Notes under the pieces: model-generated
The model's input: only the letters and a program-made list of their open reading frames with translations
Told to the model about the DNA's origin: nothing
The model's database searches: none
Shown: one piece after another, positions 1 to 9,157 of the stretch
How the letters are laid out: the number at the start of each line of letters is the position of its first letter
Position numbering within the stretch: position 1 is the stretch's first letter
Source: Ostreococcus lucimarinus
Lineage: Eukaryota
Direction: 5' to 3' (one strand)
Length of the DNA: 64,000 bases
Assembly (NCBI GenBank): GCA_000092065.1
Contig: CP000584.1
Position numbers and translations under genes: made by a program

Positions 1-1217
1 CCGGGTTGTTGCCGTTCTCGGCTGCGTTCTCGGCGTTCTCGAGCGAGATTCCGTGGTTGATTGCGCTCGCGTTCTTCCTCGCCCGCGGGTTCATCAAGAC
101 GGGTTTGGGCAACCGCATCGCGTACAAAATCGTGAGCTTGTTCGGCAAATCCACGCTCGGTTTGACCTACTCCTTGGTGTTCTCCGAAGCTTTGCTCGCG
201 CCAGCCATCCCTTCTTTGGCCGCACGCGCGGGTGGTATCTTCTTGCCCCTCGCCAAGGCGCTCTGCGTCGCGTGCGGCTCCGATCCCGCCAACGGCACGG
301 AGAAGAAGATGGGCGCGTACGTCATGACCACCGTGTTCCAAACCTCTACGATCTCTTCCGGTATGTTCATCACCGCCATGGCCGCTAACCCGCTTAGCGT
401 GAACCTGGCGGCGTCCATCACGGGCATCACCATCTCCTGGGCTCAGTGGGCCATCGGTGCTCTCGTGCCGGGTATCATCTGCCTCGTCGCCACGCCGCTC
501 ATCCTCTACGTCTTGTATCCGCCGGAAGTCAAGGACTCGCCAGACGCTCCGGTCAAGGCGCAAGAAGAGCTCGCGAAGCTCGGTCCGATGTCTGTTGACG
601 AAAAGATCATGGCTGCTGCCTTGTCTCTGACCGTGGGTCTCTGGATCTTTGGTTCCAAGTTCGGCGTCGGCTCTGTCGCCGCCGCGCTCAACGGCTTGGC
701 CATCCTCCTCGTCTCCGGTGTCATCACCTGGAAAGAATGTCTTGCCGAAGGTCCGGCTTGGGATACGCTTGTGTGGTTCGCCGCGCTCATCGCCATGGCG
801 GGTTACTTGAACACGTACGGTTTGATTCCGGCTTTCTCCAAAGGCGTCGTCGGCGTCGTCTCCGGCCTCGGCTTGGCGTGGCAACCGGCCTTTGTCATCG
901 TGACTCTCGTCTACTTCTACTCTCATTACCTCTTCGCCTCTGGTGCGGCGCACATCGGTGCCATGTATAGCGCCTTCTTGTCGGTGCTCATCGCGTGCGG
1001 TGCGCCGCCTCTCGTATCCGCCTTGACCCTCGGCATCTTGTCCAACGTCATGGGCTGCACCACGCACTACGGCATCGGCTCCGCGCCACCTTTCTTCGGT
1101 GCCGGCTACGTGCCGCTCGCCACCTGGTGGAAGATCGGTTTCGGTATGTCCATCTTCTACATCGCCACCTTTTTGGGCGTCGGTTTCCCGTGGTGGAAGA
1201 TCCTCGGCTACTGGTAG
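1..1217 (+). CDS. Plastidic 2-oxoglutarate/malate (dicarboxylate) translocator, DiT/DASS (SLC13-like) family; 5'-partial and runs off the window start
   Basis: ORF 6..1217 (frame continues to nt 3). A multi-TM protein with strong similarity to plant DiT1/DiT2 dicarboxylate translocators ('GLWIFG', 'LLAPAIPS' regions). Stop at 1215-1217. Confidence 0.8.
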   Translation, partial: GLLPFSAAFSAFSSEIPWLIALAFFLARGFIKTGLGNRIAYKIVSLFGKSTLGLTYSLVFSEALLAPAIPSLAARAGGIFLPLAKALCVACGSDPANGTEKKMGAYVMTTVFQTSTISSGMFITAMAANPLSVNLAASITGITISWAQWAIGALVPGIICLVATPLILYVLYPPEVKDSPDAPVKAQEELAKLGPMSVDEKIMAAALSLTVGLWIFGSKFGVGSVAAALNGLAILLVSGVITWKECLAEGPAWDTLVWFAALIAMAGYLNTYGLIPAFSKGVVGVVSGLGLAWQPAFVIVTLVYFYSHYLFASGAAHIGAMYSAFLSVLIACGAPPLVSALTLGILSNVMGCTTHYGIGSAPPFFGAGYVPLATWWKIGFGMSIFYIATFLGVGFPWWKILGYW

Positions 1218-1413
1218 GCCAAACGTTGTCGCGCTACCAGGCAACTGCGAGAGCAGTTGGTTTTGGACAATAACACATGTACGTCGTCAAACGCGCGCGC
1301 GCCCCGCATCAATACCGCGCGAATATTCGCGTACGTTGACGTGGCATAGTTTTTCGAGCATTAAATAATAACAAAAGATCATATCTATCATTACACGGCG
1401 CGCTTTCCTATCC

Positions 1414-1437
1414 GAGGTGGGCGAATACGCCCACCTC
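1414..1437. repeat. Perfect inverted repeat (10-bp stem gaggtgggcg / cgcccacctc, 4-nt loop aata) at the junction of two convergent 3' ends
   Basis: Read directly from 1411-1440. It overlaps the minus-strand TGA at 1436-1438 and lies about 200 nt downstream of the DiT stop. It could be a shared 3'-end or polyadenylation-related structure. Confidence 0.5.
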
Positions 1438-2242
1438 ACGATCTGCGATAAAACGCCATGTCGGCGGCGGTTTCTTGCTCAGTTTTGTTGTTAATGGTCG
1501 CAAAACTATCTCTCATGCGCCGTCCCGCTTCGACACTCTCGCCCTCGGGTACGAAGGCGAACACGGAGTACAGTCGTCCCCCGTACACGGTGATGGAAGC
1601 GAAAATGTTTCCATAAAATCCCACTAGGTCGTAGTCCACGTACGTCTGCCCGTCGACGTCGCGATCCTTCGTCACGAACGAATCTGCGCCGATGATCGCA
1701 TCTTGCAGGTTATAATCGCTCAACGCCAAGTCGCTGATAATAGCCTCGCGGTCTTCTTTCAACTTTCCGTACCCTGCCAACGTGATCGAATAAACCTTCG
1801 CGTCTTTGTTCTTTTTCGACTTCCAGCGATTGTCCGTGCCGTTCGTCGATTTCTCCACCTTGTTCACCGTGTCTTGCTCCCATCCCTGCGGAACGTCGTA
1901 GTAGTACTTGAACTTATCGAAATTGTTCTCGTTGCCGCCGTAGCCGCCGTACGAGGACGACGACGTCGCTTCGCCGTAAAACCTCAACCACCCCTCGTCG
2001 ATGGGCTGTGGATTCACGATCGCTTCCGCCTTTGCGCGCGGCGCCGCGCCCGAGAGCGTCATCAACGCCGTCACGGCGAACATCGCGCGCCGACGGTCGA
2101 TCTCGAGCGCGCGCACGGCGTCATCGCTCGCGTTCGAGCGCGAAACGCGCGCACAAACGCGTGTTCGAACGACGCAGCGTTTGGTGACGTGGCGCGGGTG
2201 CGACGCGAGGACGACGCGCGCGGGTGCTCGAGCGGCGTACAT
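1436..2242 (-). CDS. PsbP-domain (Mog1/PsbP fold) thylakoid-lumen protein with a bipartite transit peptide
   Basis: ORF 1436..2392. The first in-frame ATG sits at 2240-2242 (MYAARAPARV...), verified as 'cat' on the + strand. An R/A-rich transit peptide is followed by a hydrophobic stretch ending AKA|EA, which looks like a lumenal signal-peptidase site. The C-terminal domain matches the PsbP pattern ('DGQTYVDYDLVGF...VYGGRLYSVFAFVPE'). Confidence 0.55.
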   Translation of the reverse strand: MYAARAPARVVLASHPRHVTKRCVVRTRVCARVSRSNASDDAVRALEIDRRRAMFAVTALMTLSGAAPRAKAEAIVNPQPIDEGWLRFYGEATSSSSYGGYGGNENNFDKFKYYYDVPQGWEQDTVNKVEKSTNGTDNRWKSKKNKDAKVYSITLAGYGKLKEDREAIISDLALSDYNLQDAIIGADSFVTKDRDVDGQTYVDYDLVGFYGNIFASITVYGGRLYSVFAFVPEGESVEAGRRMRDSFATINNKTEQETAADMAFYRRS

Positions 2243-2528
2243 GACTCGATGACGCGGAAACGACTCTTGCTTTCGCAAACGCCGCGCGATGGAGCGCCGA
2301 CGGGTCGCCGAGAGCGATGCGGTGTGAGGGTTCGACGGCTGAGTCGCCGCGCCTGAAACGCGCGGCTTCGAGAGACGCGGGATCGCGATCATTCAATGAA
2401 GTACAATGAAGTTCAATGTAGTGTTTTGTTATCACATCGTGGTTTAGAACGGATTCATTACGATTCGAATCATCGCTACGTGCAGGCGCTAAAAAGACAC
2501 ATCAAATCAATATGGGTCGTCGTCGCGT

Positions 2529-3740
2529 TTACTGGTTGAGCGACTTCTCGGTGTTCGAGGAACCGCCTTCGCCCGCGAGCACGGCGCCGTCCAAGTAGGC
2601 ATCGGCCAACTGGATGCGCTTGATGTTCTCTTGCTCGTTCTCCAATTCCTTACCGTACGCCAAGAGGACTTCGAGCGTCATTTTCGGCGGGTTGAAGTTG
2701 ACTTCTTCACCCTTGCGCGGGTTGATGAGGCGCGGGCCGAGAGCTTCGTAGCCGACTTCGAGGATGAAGTCACGCACCAAGTCATCGTAGACACGGGAGC
2801 GAAGCGCGCCGAAGAAGTCAATGGATTGACCTTCGAACGTATCGACGAGGACTTCGACGTCTTCCTTCTCGATGCCATCCGCCATGAAGATACCGTTGGC
2901 GATGCCGACGCGGTCTTCGCGGGTCGGGGACCAGTAGAACTTGTCCATACGGCCATCACGGACGAGCGGCGCGTAAAGGGTGGAGAAATCGTTACCGGTG
3001 GCGATGATCGGCACACGCGGGATTTCGATGACTTCGTATTGGCCCGGCAACTGAACGTTCGTGGGGTTATCCGCGATGTTCATGAGCGTCGCGTTCACCA
3101 TTTGGTTGTTGACGGTGTATTGCGTCGTGCCACCCATACGACCGGCACCAGCGTCAAGATCGTTGATGAAGAGGGTAGACATGCGACCCTTCTTGACGAT
3201 GTCGGACGCTTCGCGGTAACGCTGACGCACGAGCTTGGCCGGTTCACCGGCGTTGCCGGATTCGAGCTCACCGGCGGACATGACGATCGGGGAGATGCCG
3301 AGCTTCTTGAAGATCAAATCAGACTGGAAAGTCTTACCTTGACCCTTACCACCCCAGACACCGAGAATGACCGGCACCTTGATCTTCGGCAACTTCATGA
3401 AGTTCTTCGCGACGTGCACGATCACCTTGTCCATGTACGACGGGGAGATGTAGAAGTTCTCCGTGGTGATGTTGTCGTGCGCAGAGTACGTCTTCATGCC
3501 CGCGGACAAGTAATCTTGCGAGGACATGACGGCGTTGTGCGTACCACCGATTCCGGTCGCGCCTTGGAACTTGGAGTCAACCATGTTGCGGCCGCGAGCG
3601 ATGTCTTGCTGGTCGTCGGAAATGTCCATGTCCATGCCCTTCCATCGGCTCATCTCAACCTTGGAACCGTTCGACACGGAGGAGACGCGCGCGCCGAGGA
3701 AGGTCTTCGGCGCGACGGCGCGCTTCGCCGTGGCGTTCGC
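2529..3740 (-). CDS. RCA: Rubisco activase (green-type, AAA+); this is the main exon encoding the whole mature protein, and the 5' end is not resolved
   Basis: Near-collinear match to Chlamydomonas RCA ('DISDDQQDIARGRNMVD', Walker A 'GVWGGKGQGKT', 'LFINDLDAGAGR', 'NATLMNIADNPTNVQLPG'). The track ORF begins with GTG at 3756-3758, and an in-frame TGA lies 5 codons upstream at 3774-3776. A candidate 3' splice site is ...tgtgaacag|GCG at 3741/3740, with the branch motif GATGACTGACG 33 nt upstream. See the findings for the 5' exon problem. Confidence 0.9.
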   Translation of the reverse strand, partial: ANATAKRAVAPKTFLGARVSSVSNGSKVEMSRWKGMDMDISDDQQDIARGRNMVDSKFQGATGIGGTHNAVMSSQDYLSAGMKTYSAHDNITTENFYISPSYMDKVIVHVAKNFMKLPKIKVPVILGVWGGKGQGKTFQSDLIFKKLGISPIVMSAGELESGNAGEPAKLVRQRYREASDIVKKGRMSTLFINDLDAGAGRMGGTTQYTVNNQMVNATLMNIADNPTNVQLPGQYEVIEIPRVPIIATGNDFSTLYAPLVRDGRMDKFYWSPTREDRVGIANGIFMADGIEKEDVEVLVDTFEGQSIDFFGALRSRVYDDLVRDFILEVGYEALGPRLINPRKGEEVNFNPPKMTLEVLLAYGKELENEQENIKRIQLADAYLDGAVLAGEGGSSNTEKSLNQ

Positions 3741-3812
3741 CTGTTCACATTTAATCACACCGTTCGCGCGCCGTCAGTCATCGCTCCCGCGTTCGCACCG
3801 CGCGCACTTCAC
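3741..3812 (-). other. Tentative spliceosomal intron in the RCA transit-peptide region (acceptor well supported, donor uncertain)
   Basis: The acceptor AG lies at 3741-3742 on the minus strand, preceded by the ACTGACG branch motif at about 3773-3779. Candidate donors on the minus strand are GTGAAG (exon end 3813, frame-compatible with an upstream ATG at 3993-3995), GTGCGC (3807) and GTGCGA (3798). Only the first gives an in-frame ATG, and it implies a 61-codon Arg-rich exon 1 (3813..3995). Confidence 0.35.
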
Positions 3813-3914
3813 CGCCCTCGATCGCCGTTCGCGCGTCGTCACCGCCGTCGCGCGTCCCAACCCCCTCGCCGCGCGCGCGCCCGCGCGCCCGCGCCCCCTC
3901 CCGCGCGTCGCGAT

Positions 3915-3958
3915 CGAGTAAAAATTTATTTTTCCTCGTCGTTCATCCCCTCGCGCGC
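3915..3958 (-). promoter_or_regulatory. AT-rich TATA-like element and a 6-codon uORF (ATGAACGACGAGGAAAAATAA) in the RCA leader/promoter
   Basis: The minus strand reads ggATGaacgacgaggaaaaaTAAatttttac, the only AT-rich island in an otherwise CpG-dense 3.76-4.49 kb divergent region between RCA and VPS60. Confidence 0.3.
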
Positions 3959-4488
3959 CCTCGCGCGCCCTCGCGCGTCGTCGACGACCGCGCATCGCGC
4001 GCCGCGAAGGCCTCCCTCGCGCGGAGTGGATAACATCGCGACGTCCTCGTCCCGCGTCGTCGTCCCCGGTCGCGCGCGCGCGCGCCCGCGCGCGTCGTCG
4101 CGCGCGTCGATCGATTAATATTTCTCACCTTGACGCCGCATCGCGGCTGCGTGATCGTGGACATCGTGCTCGTGTGTCGCGCGCGTGAAAGTGTCGACGC
4201 GCGCGATCGGCGCGATCGCGTCAGCGCCGTCGCGGGGCGTCGACGCGCGCGCGCGCGGCGCGCGTGCGGTGCGCGTGCGTCTACCGCGCATTCGTCGTTG
4301 AATACGCATAAAAAACGCGCGATGGGAGTATAAATGATATCGGACTGATTCGCATACGCGACCGACAGGGGTGCCGGCGACCGACCGCGCGGTCGTTGCG
4401 CCGCGTGGCGACGCCGGCGCGGCGCGGCGGATCGGCGCGCGCGGACGAACGACGAGCGACGATCGACGACGATCGGGATCGACGCGCG

Positions 4489-5169
4489 ATGAAACGGTTG
4501 TTCGGGGCGAAGAAACCGCGCGCGCCGGCGCGGACGCTCGAGGACACGGCGCGGACGCTCGACGAACGCGCGAAGACGATCGAGGCGAAAATCGCCGCGC
4601 TCGATCGAGAGCTCGTGAAGCATCGGGAGCAGATCAAGCGCGCGCGACCGGGCGCGGGGCAGGACGCGGCGAAACGACGGGCGCTGGTGGTGCTGAAGCA
4701 GAAGAAGATTTATGAGCAGCAGAGGGATCAGTTGGGGGGGCAATTGATGAACGTGGAGCAGGTGGCGTTCGCGAGCGAAAACGCGGCGAACACCGTGGAG
4801 ACGGTGCGGGCGATGCAGAGCGCGTCGAAGGCTTTGAAGACGCAGTTTAAGGCGAAGGAGTTCGATTTGAACGCGATCGATGCGCTGAATGATGATATGG
4901 CGGACTTGCTGGATCTGGGGGAGGAGATTCAGGAGACGCTCGGGAGGAGTTATCACGTTCCGGACGGGTTGGACGAGGATGATTTACTCGAGGAGCTCGA
5001 TGCGTTGGAGTTGGACATGTTAGAAGATGAATCCGAGCTCACGGATGGGGTGCCGAGTTACTTGCAGGACGAGCCTTTGCCGGAGGCACCGGAGGAGGAG
5101 CCCGTGGTGTTGCCGGCGGCGGGCGCGGGGGAAGCCGCCGCGCCGGACGCCGTTCGCGACGCGGCGTAG
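4489..5169 (+). CDS. VPS60: ESCRT-III subunit CHMP5/Vps60 (Snf7 family)
   Basis: ATG at 4489-4491 verified. 'MKRLFGAKKPRAP...LDRELVKHREQIKRARPGAGQDAAKRRALVVLKQKKIYEQQRD' aligns end-to-end with CHMP5. The upstream part of track ORF 4396.. is Arg-rich leader. Confidence 0.85.
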   Translation: MKRLFGAKKPRAPARTLEDTARTLDERAKTIEAKIAALDRELVKHREQIKRARPGAGQDAAKRRALVVLKQKKIYEQQRDQLGGQLMNVEQVAFASENAANTVETVRAMQSASKALKTQFKAKEFDLNAIDALNDDMADLLDLGEEIQETLGRSYHVPDGLDEDDLLEELDALELDMLEDESELTDGVPSYLQDEPLPEAPEEEPVVLPAAGAGEAAAPDAVRDAA

Positions 5170-5224
5170 CGCGTCATTAGAAGACATTAGGCGTGTACTA
5201 AATACAAATTTCTTCGCTAGTGTG

Positions 5225-7156
5225 CTAAATTCGAAACGTGGCTTCGTTTGCGCGACGCCAGAGGAGCATCGAACATTCGAGCCAGTGAGGGGTTACGGCG
5301 TGCACGTTTCCTCGCGCCTTTGCCGCTTTCACCTTATCCGTCGAGCTCGCCGTGCCTACAACGTGGGTGGTGTCGTCGCAAAGTGTCCGTCCACACGTAG
5401 CGCCGAAATCTTCGGCTAAGATCCACAAAGGATGCGTCGTGGGGTCGGCGTCGATGGGGAAAACGCGGCTAAAAACGATGCGCACGTCTGCGAGTACCTT
5501 CTTGCGTTGGGCGCACAGAATTTCCTGCACCGCGCGCACGTCGCTCGCATGTTGTTTCAGTGCTCTGACTTTGTGCTTGACGTTCTTATCGTAGCCGCCG
5601 GCGAAATACGCCGAGTGGACGGATTCAAACACTTTCATCGCCGTCGAGAGCATGCCCTCATCTTCGCTTTCGTCCTGGCCGATTTCCAGCAGCGACATCC
5701 CCGATAAACCAAACTGACGTCGAGCCTGCGGGAAGAATAAATACCGCTCGCACGTGACCAAGTTTCGTCGATGCGATTCCCACACGCTCGCGGTGTCATC
5801 GAAAATCAAACAGGCGTCGGCGAGGTGTTCCAACGCGCCGTCGAGCGTCTTCTCCGCAGGCGCCCACAGCTTCCCTCCTTCCATTTCCCCGAGACCTCTT
5901 ACGGTTCCATGTATCCATCGTTTCTCGGGATCGAGTAATTCTACCATTTGATCCGCGTACGCTTGCGACCCCATGGTGTTGATGTGAATCTCAAACAAAC
6001 GCGAAGCTCGCTCGAGAAACCTTCGAACGCCAGGCCGCAACTTGGTCAACAAATCGAAATGCTGGAGATGAAAGACCGAACGCTTTAACGGGTCGTTCGC
6101 GTCCTCCGCGCGCTTGACGTCGGCATCGAGAAGACGCATCGCGTTACGTAACCAATTCGAATCCATTCGTAAATCTGGTACCAACACGCTGTTCAAAAGC
6201 GTGTGATCCAAATCCAACACCAGCGCGAGCTTTCTCGACGCAATCAAACGCTCGAGCGAGGGATGCATTTTCTTCGTCTTATCGATCGACGAGCCGGTTG
6301 ATTTTCCGAGAGAGACGTCGTCCGTAGACGCATTCGTACTCGCTTTTCGACGCCGCTTCGGCTTTCGTTTTTTGTATTGCGGGGAATTCACATTGTTCAA
6401 CAGCGTCTCATCCGCGTCGTCGCGGAGCCGTGCGATGTTTTCCATCGTGTCAAACTCACCTCCTCCCAACACCTCCCTGCTCTTCGCGGCGATCTTTTCA
6501 ATCTTCTCGAGCTTCCCTTCCGGCGTTTTCGCGTCTTCGTCGTCCACGAGCATCGCGTCGTTTGAATCGTACAGGTTGACGAGTTTCGGAAGTTCGCCAT
6601 CCTCCAACTCTTCTTCTTCGTCCGACGACTCTGGCTTTTGCACCTTTGCTTTCGATTCGGCTGCCTTCGTCGACATCGCTCGTTCCTTCGCGCTCGCTCG
6701 AACGCGCTTCTTCGACGCGCTTTTCGGCGCCCCCGCGGGCGGTTTCGGCGGTCTGGGCGGCGGCGGTTTCGGCGGTTTCGGCGGCGGCGGTTTCGGTGGT
6801 TTCGGCGGCGGCGGTTTCGGCGGAGGCAATTCATCCAACTGTCCCTCTTCCAACTCGGGCAACTTTTGGGAGCCCGCGCCGGCGAGCCCGTTCTCTTGAT
6901 TCTCTCCCTTCGTTCGCGCCGCGAACGGCGGCGGCGGCGGCGGTTGTCTCTTCGGCGGCGGCGGCGGCGGCGGCGGCGCGCGTCTCGCCGCCGTCGCTTT
7001 CGGCGGCGGCGGCGGCGGCGACGGCGACGGCGTCGAAAACAGCATCCGCGCCAGTTTTCCCGGCGTCAGCTGTCCGAGCACCGTCCCCAACCACCCGCTC
7101 GCGGGCTCGACGGTCGTCGGCGGCGCCCGCGGCGACGTCCCGCTCGATCCCGTCAT
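5225..7156 (-). CDS. RNA polymerase II CTD phosphatase FCP1-like (FCP1-homology domain plus C-terminal BRCT) with a Pro-rich N-terminal extension
   Basis: 'LVLDLDHTLL' (DxDx(T/V) phosphatase motif) and a C-terminal BRCT-like domain. Candidate start ATGs are at 7154-7156 (MTGSSGTSPR..., 643 aa) and 6674-6676 (MSTKAAESK..., 483 aa), both verified in sequence. The region upstream of 7156 on this strand is antisense to UBA2 and is not coding. Confidence 0.75.
   Translation of the reverse strand: MTGSSGTSPRAPPTTVEPASGWLGTVLGQLTPGKLARMLFSTPSPSPPPPPPKATAARRAPPPPPPPPKRQPPPPPPFAARTKGENQENGLAGAGSQKLPELEEGQLDELPPPKPPPPKPPKPPPPKPPKPPPPRPPKPPAGAPKSASKKRVRASAKERAMSTKAAESKAKVQKPESSDEEEELEDGELPKLVNLYDSNDAMLVDDEDAKTPEGKLEKIEKIAAKSREVLGGGEFDTMENIARLRDDADETLLNNVNSPQYKKRKPKRRRKASTNASTDDVSLGKSTGSSIDKTKKMHPSLERLIASRKLALVLDLDHTLLNSVLVPDLRMDSNWLRNAMRLLDADVKRAEDANDPLKRSVFHLQHFDLLTKLRPGVRRFLERASRLFEIHINTMGSQAYADQMVELLDPEKRWIHGTVRGLGEMEGGKLWAPAEKTLDGALEHLADACLIFDDTASVWESHRRNLVTCERYLFFPQARRQFGLSGMSLLEIGQDESEDEGMLSTAMKVFESVHSAYFAGGYDKNVKHKVRALKQHASDVRAVQEILCAQRKKVLADVRIVFSRVFPIDADPTTHPLWILAEDFGATCGRTLCDDTTHVVGTASSTDKVKAAKARGNVHAVTPHWLECSMLLWRRANEATFRI
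6738..6828. repeat. Tandem (GGCGGTTTC)n repeat, coding on the minus strand for the PPKPPKPPPP tract of FCP1
   Basis: About 10 imperfect 9-nt units read from 6735-6830. On the + strand the same sequence gives a spurious Gly/Phe ORF. Confidence 0.7.
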
Positions 7157-7345
7157 CGCGCGTTTCACCGTCGTCGCATCGCCGATCGCCGCGCGTCCCG
7201 CGCGCGTCGTCGTCGGTGACGACGCGTCGGCCAGTGCTGTCCCGAGCGCGTCCCGACGAACGACCGCAGACGTCGGCGCGCGCGCCCGCGACGACGCGCG
7301 TCGCGCGCGATCGCGCGGTGAGTCGACTTTCGACGCGGGGCGACG
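7157..7345. promoter_or_regulatory. Divergent (bidirectional) promoter region between the FCP1-like and UBA2 genes
   Basis: 189 bp between verified start codons on opposite strands, CpG-dense. Confidence 0.4.
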
Positions 7346-9094
7346 ATGCACATCGATCGCGACGTCGTGGAGAACGCCAAGGTGCTCATGGTGGGCGCCG
7401 GGGGCATCGGGTGTGAACTTTTGAAAACGCTCGTCTTGCACGGATTTCGAGACGTCACGGCGATCGATTTGGACACCATCGACGTGTCGAATTTGAACAG
7501 GCAGTTTTTGTTCAGGCGGCGGCACGTGGGGATGGCGAAGAGCGAGGTGGCGAGGGAGTCGGTGTTGAAGTTTAGACCAGAAGCGAAGATTTCGGCGCTG
7601 CGAGCGAACGTGAAGGAGGCGAGATTCGATAAGGAGTATTTTAAGGGGTTCGACGTCGTGTTGAATGGATTGGATAACTTGGAGGCTCGACGACACGTCA
7701 ATCGGTTGTGTCTCGCGGCGGAAGTGCCGCTCGTGGAGAGTGGGACGACTGGATATAAAGGGCAAGTCACCGTGCACGCGCGCAAACAATGCGCGTGCTT
7801 TGAGTGCACGGAGAAGCCGACGCCGAAGAGTTATCCGATCTGTACGCTGAGGGATACGCCGGACAAACCGATTCATTGCATCGTGTACGCAAAAGAGCTT
7901 TTATTCAGCAAACTGTTCGGCGATGCGAGCGTGCAGAGCGATTTAGATGAGGAGGACGCGGTGGAAGCCGGGGCGTTTCGCCGAAACGAAGGAGAGTCCG
8001 GCGTGGATTTCGCCAAACGCGTTTTTGCGTACGTTTTCGGGTCAAAGATCGAGGGTTTGCTGCTGAAGGATGACATGTGGAAGACGAGATCCAGACCGAA
8101 ACCGCTGAAATCGGCGGACGTAGGCTTAGATTGCGAGTTTGTGGAGACCGATTCATCGGCGTCGAGTGCGCGACGAGCGCATGGTCTGATGGATCCCCAC
8201 GTGGTTTGGTCCCCGACCGAGTGCGCGAAGGTGTTTGTGAGCGCCACAGCCCGACTTGTAGAGCGCGAGCGCCCGATTGAGTTCGACAAGGACGACGACG
8301 ACGCCGTGGAATTCGTTACGGCGGTGAGTAATTTGCGCTCGGTGAATTACGGTATTCCTCCGCAAAGCGTATTCGACGCCAAGGGTATGGCTGGAAACAT
8401 CATCCACGCCGTCGCGACGACCAACGCGATCGTATCCGGTCTCATCGTCATAGAGGCGATCAAGATTCTTCATAAAAGAATGGACCAAACCCGGTACACG
8501 TTCGTCCTCGAGCACGCGAGCAACGGACGTTTGCTGCAACCCATGTCGAAAGACGACCCGAATCCAAAGTGTGCAGTTTGCGGGAACGCACGCGTGGAAT
8601 TAGTGTGCGACACCACAAAGTTCACGAAGGGCGACCTAGTGAAGCGCGTGCTCAAGGGGAAGTTCAGCGTGAACGAGCCCACCGTGCAGTTTGGTGGGAA
8701 CCTCCTTCACGAGACGGGCGAGGATTTAGACGAAGACGAGGTGGAGCACTACGCTTCGCTCGACCCGCGCACCTTAGACAAGCTCCCGGGCGGTGGCGTC
8801 GTGAACGGGACTATTTTACTCATCGAGGATTACTCGCAAGATTTCAAGTTTGAGCTCATGGTGACCCACCGCGAAGATTGGGACGATGAGAAGGAGCCGG
8901 ACGGTTTCATCGTGCGCGGCGAAGACGTCAAGGCGCGAGAGGCTGAGGAAGCCACGGACGCGGGCGCCGACGACGCCATCGTCGACGACGAACTATTAAT
9001 CGTCGACGACGACGTCGAAATCACGGACGCGACCGCTAAGCGAAAACGAGTCGACGAATCGCTAGCCTCGACGGCCAAGGCGCCCAAGCGGTGA
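7346..9094 (+). CDS. UBA2: SUMO-activating enzyme subunit 2 (UBA2/SAE2)
   Basis: ATG at 7346-7348 verified. ThiF/MoeB fold 'VLMVGAGGIGCELLKTLVLHGF', catalytic Cys region 'PICTLRDTPDKPIHCIVYAKEL', and a Zn motif CAVCG. Collinear with SAE2. Confidence 0.9.
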   Translation: MHIDRDVVENAKVLMVGAGGIGCELLKTLVLHGFRDVTAIDLDTIDVSNLNRQFLFRRRHVGMAKSEVARESVLKFRPEAKISALRANVKEARFDKEYFKGFDVVLNGLDNLEARRHVNRLCLAAEVPLVESGTTGYKGQVTVHARKQCACFECTEKPTPKSYPICTLRDTPDKPIHCIVYAKELLFSKLFGDASVQSDLDEEDAVEAGAFRRNEGESGVDFAKRVFAYVFGSKIEGLLLKDDMWKTRSRPKPLKSADVGLDCEFVETDSSASSARRAHGLMDPHVVWSPTECAKVFVSATARLVERERPIEFDKDDDDAVEFVTAVSNLRSVNYGIPPQSVFDAKGMAGNIIHAVATTNAIVSGLIVIEAIKILHKRMDQTRYTFVLEHASNGRLLQPMSKDDPNPKCAVCGNARVELVCDTTKFTKGDLVKRVLKGKFSVNEPTVQFGGNLLHETGEDLDEDEVEHYASLDPRTLDKLPGGGVVNGTILLIEDYSQDFKFELMVTHREDWDDEKEPDGFIVRGEDVKAREAEEATDAGADDAIVDDELLIVDDDVEITDATAKRKRVDESLASTAKAPKR

Positions 9095-9157
9095 CGCGAT
9101 ACAAATTAATTTCAATAACAACAAGCCGCGCGCGACCGCTCGCGCCCCCCAACTCAC

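Noticed and set aside
2400-2520. tRNA-like T-loop motif (gattcgaatc) and 'cgtggtttagaacgg' in the low-GC spacer between the PsbP-domain gene and RCA
   Set aside because: I could not fold a 7-bp acceptor stem or a T-stem around the TTCGAAT loop (5' tacga against 3' catcg does not pair). It is more likely a chance match or a decayed fragment. Direct repeats 'caatgaagt' nearby may be regulatory but are too short to call.
2631-4118. Long Arg/Ala-rich ORFs antisense to real genes (e.g. 2631..4118+, 3943..4956-, 9426..10808+ upstream part, 18497..19591-, 27379..28422-, 35184..36779-, 55008..55838+)
   Set aside because: These are the expected open frames on the opposite strand of GC3-rich coding DNA. 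They have no domain similarity and an extreme R/A/G composition, and they overlap confidently assigned genes.
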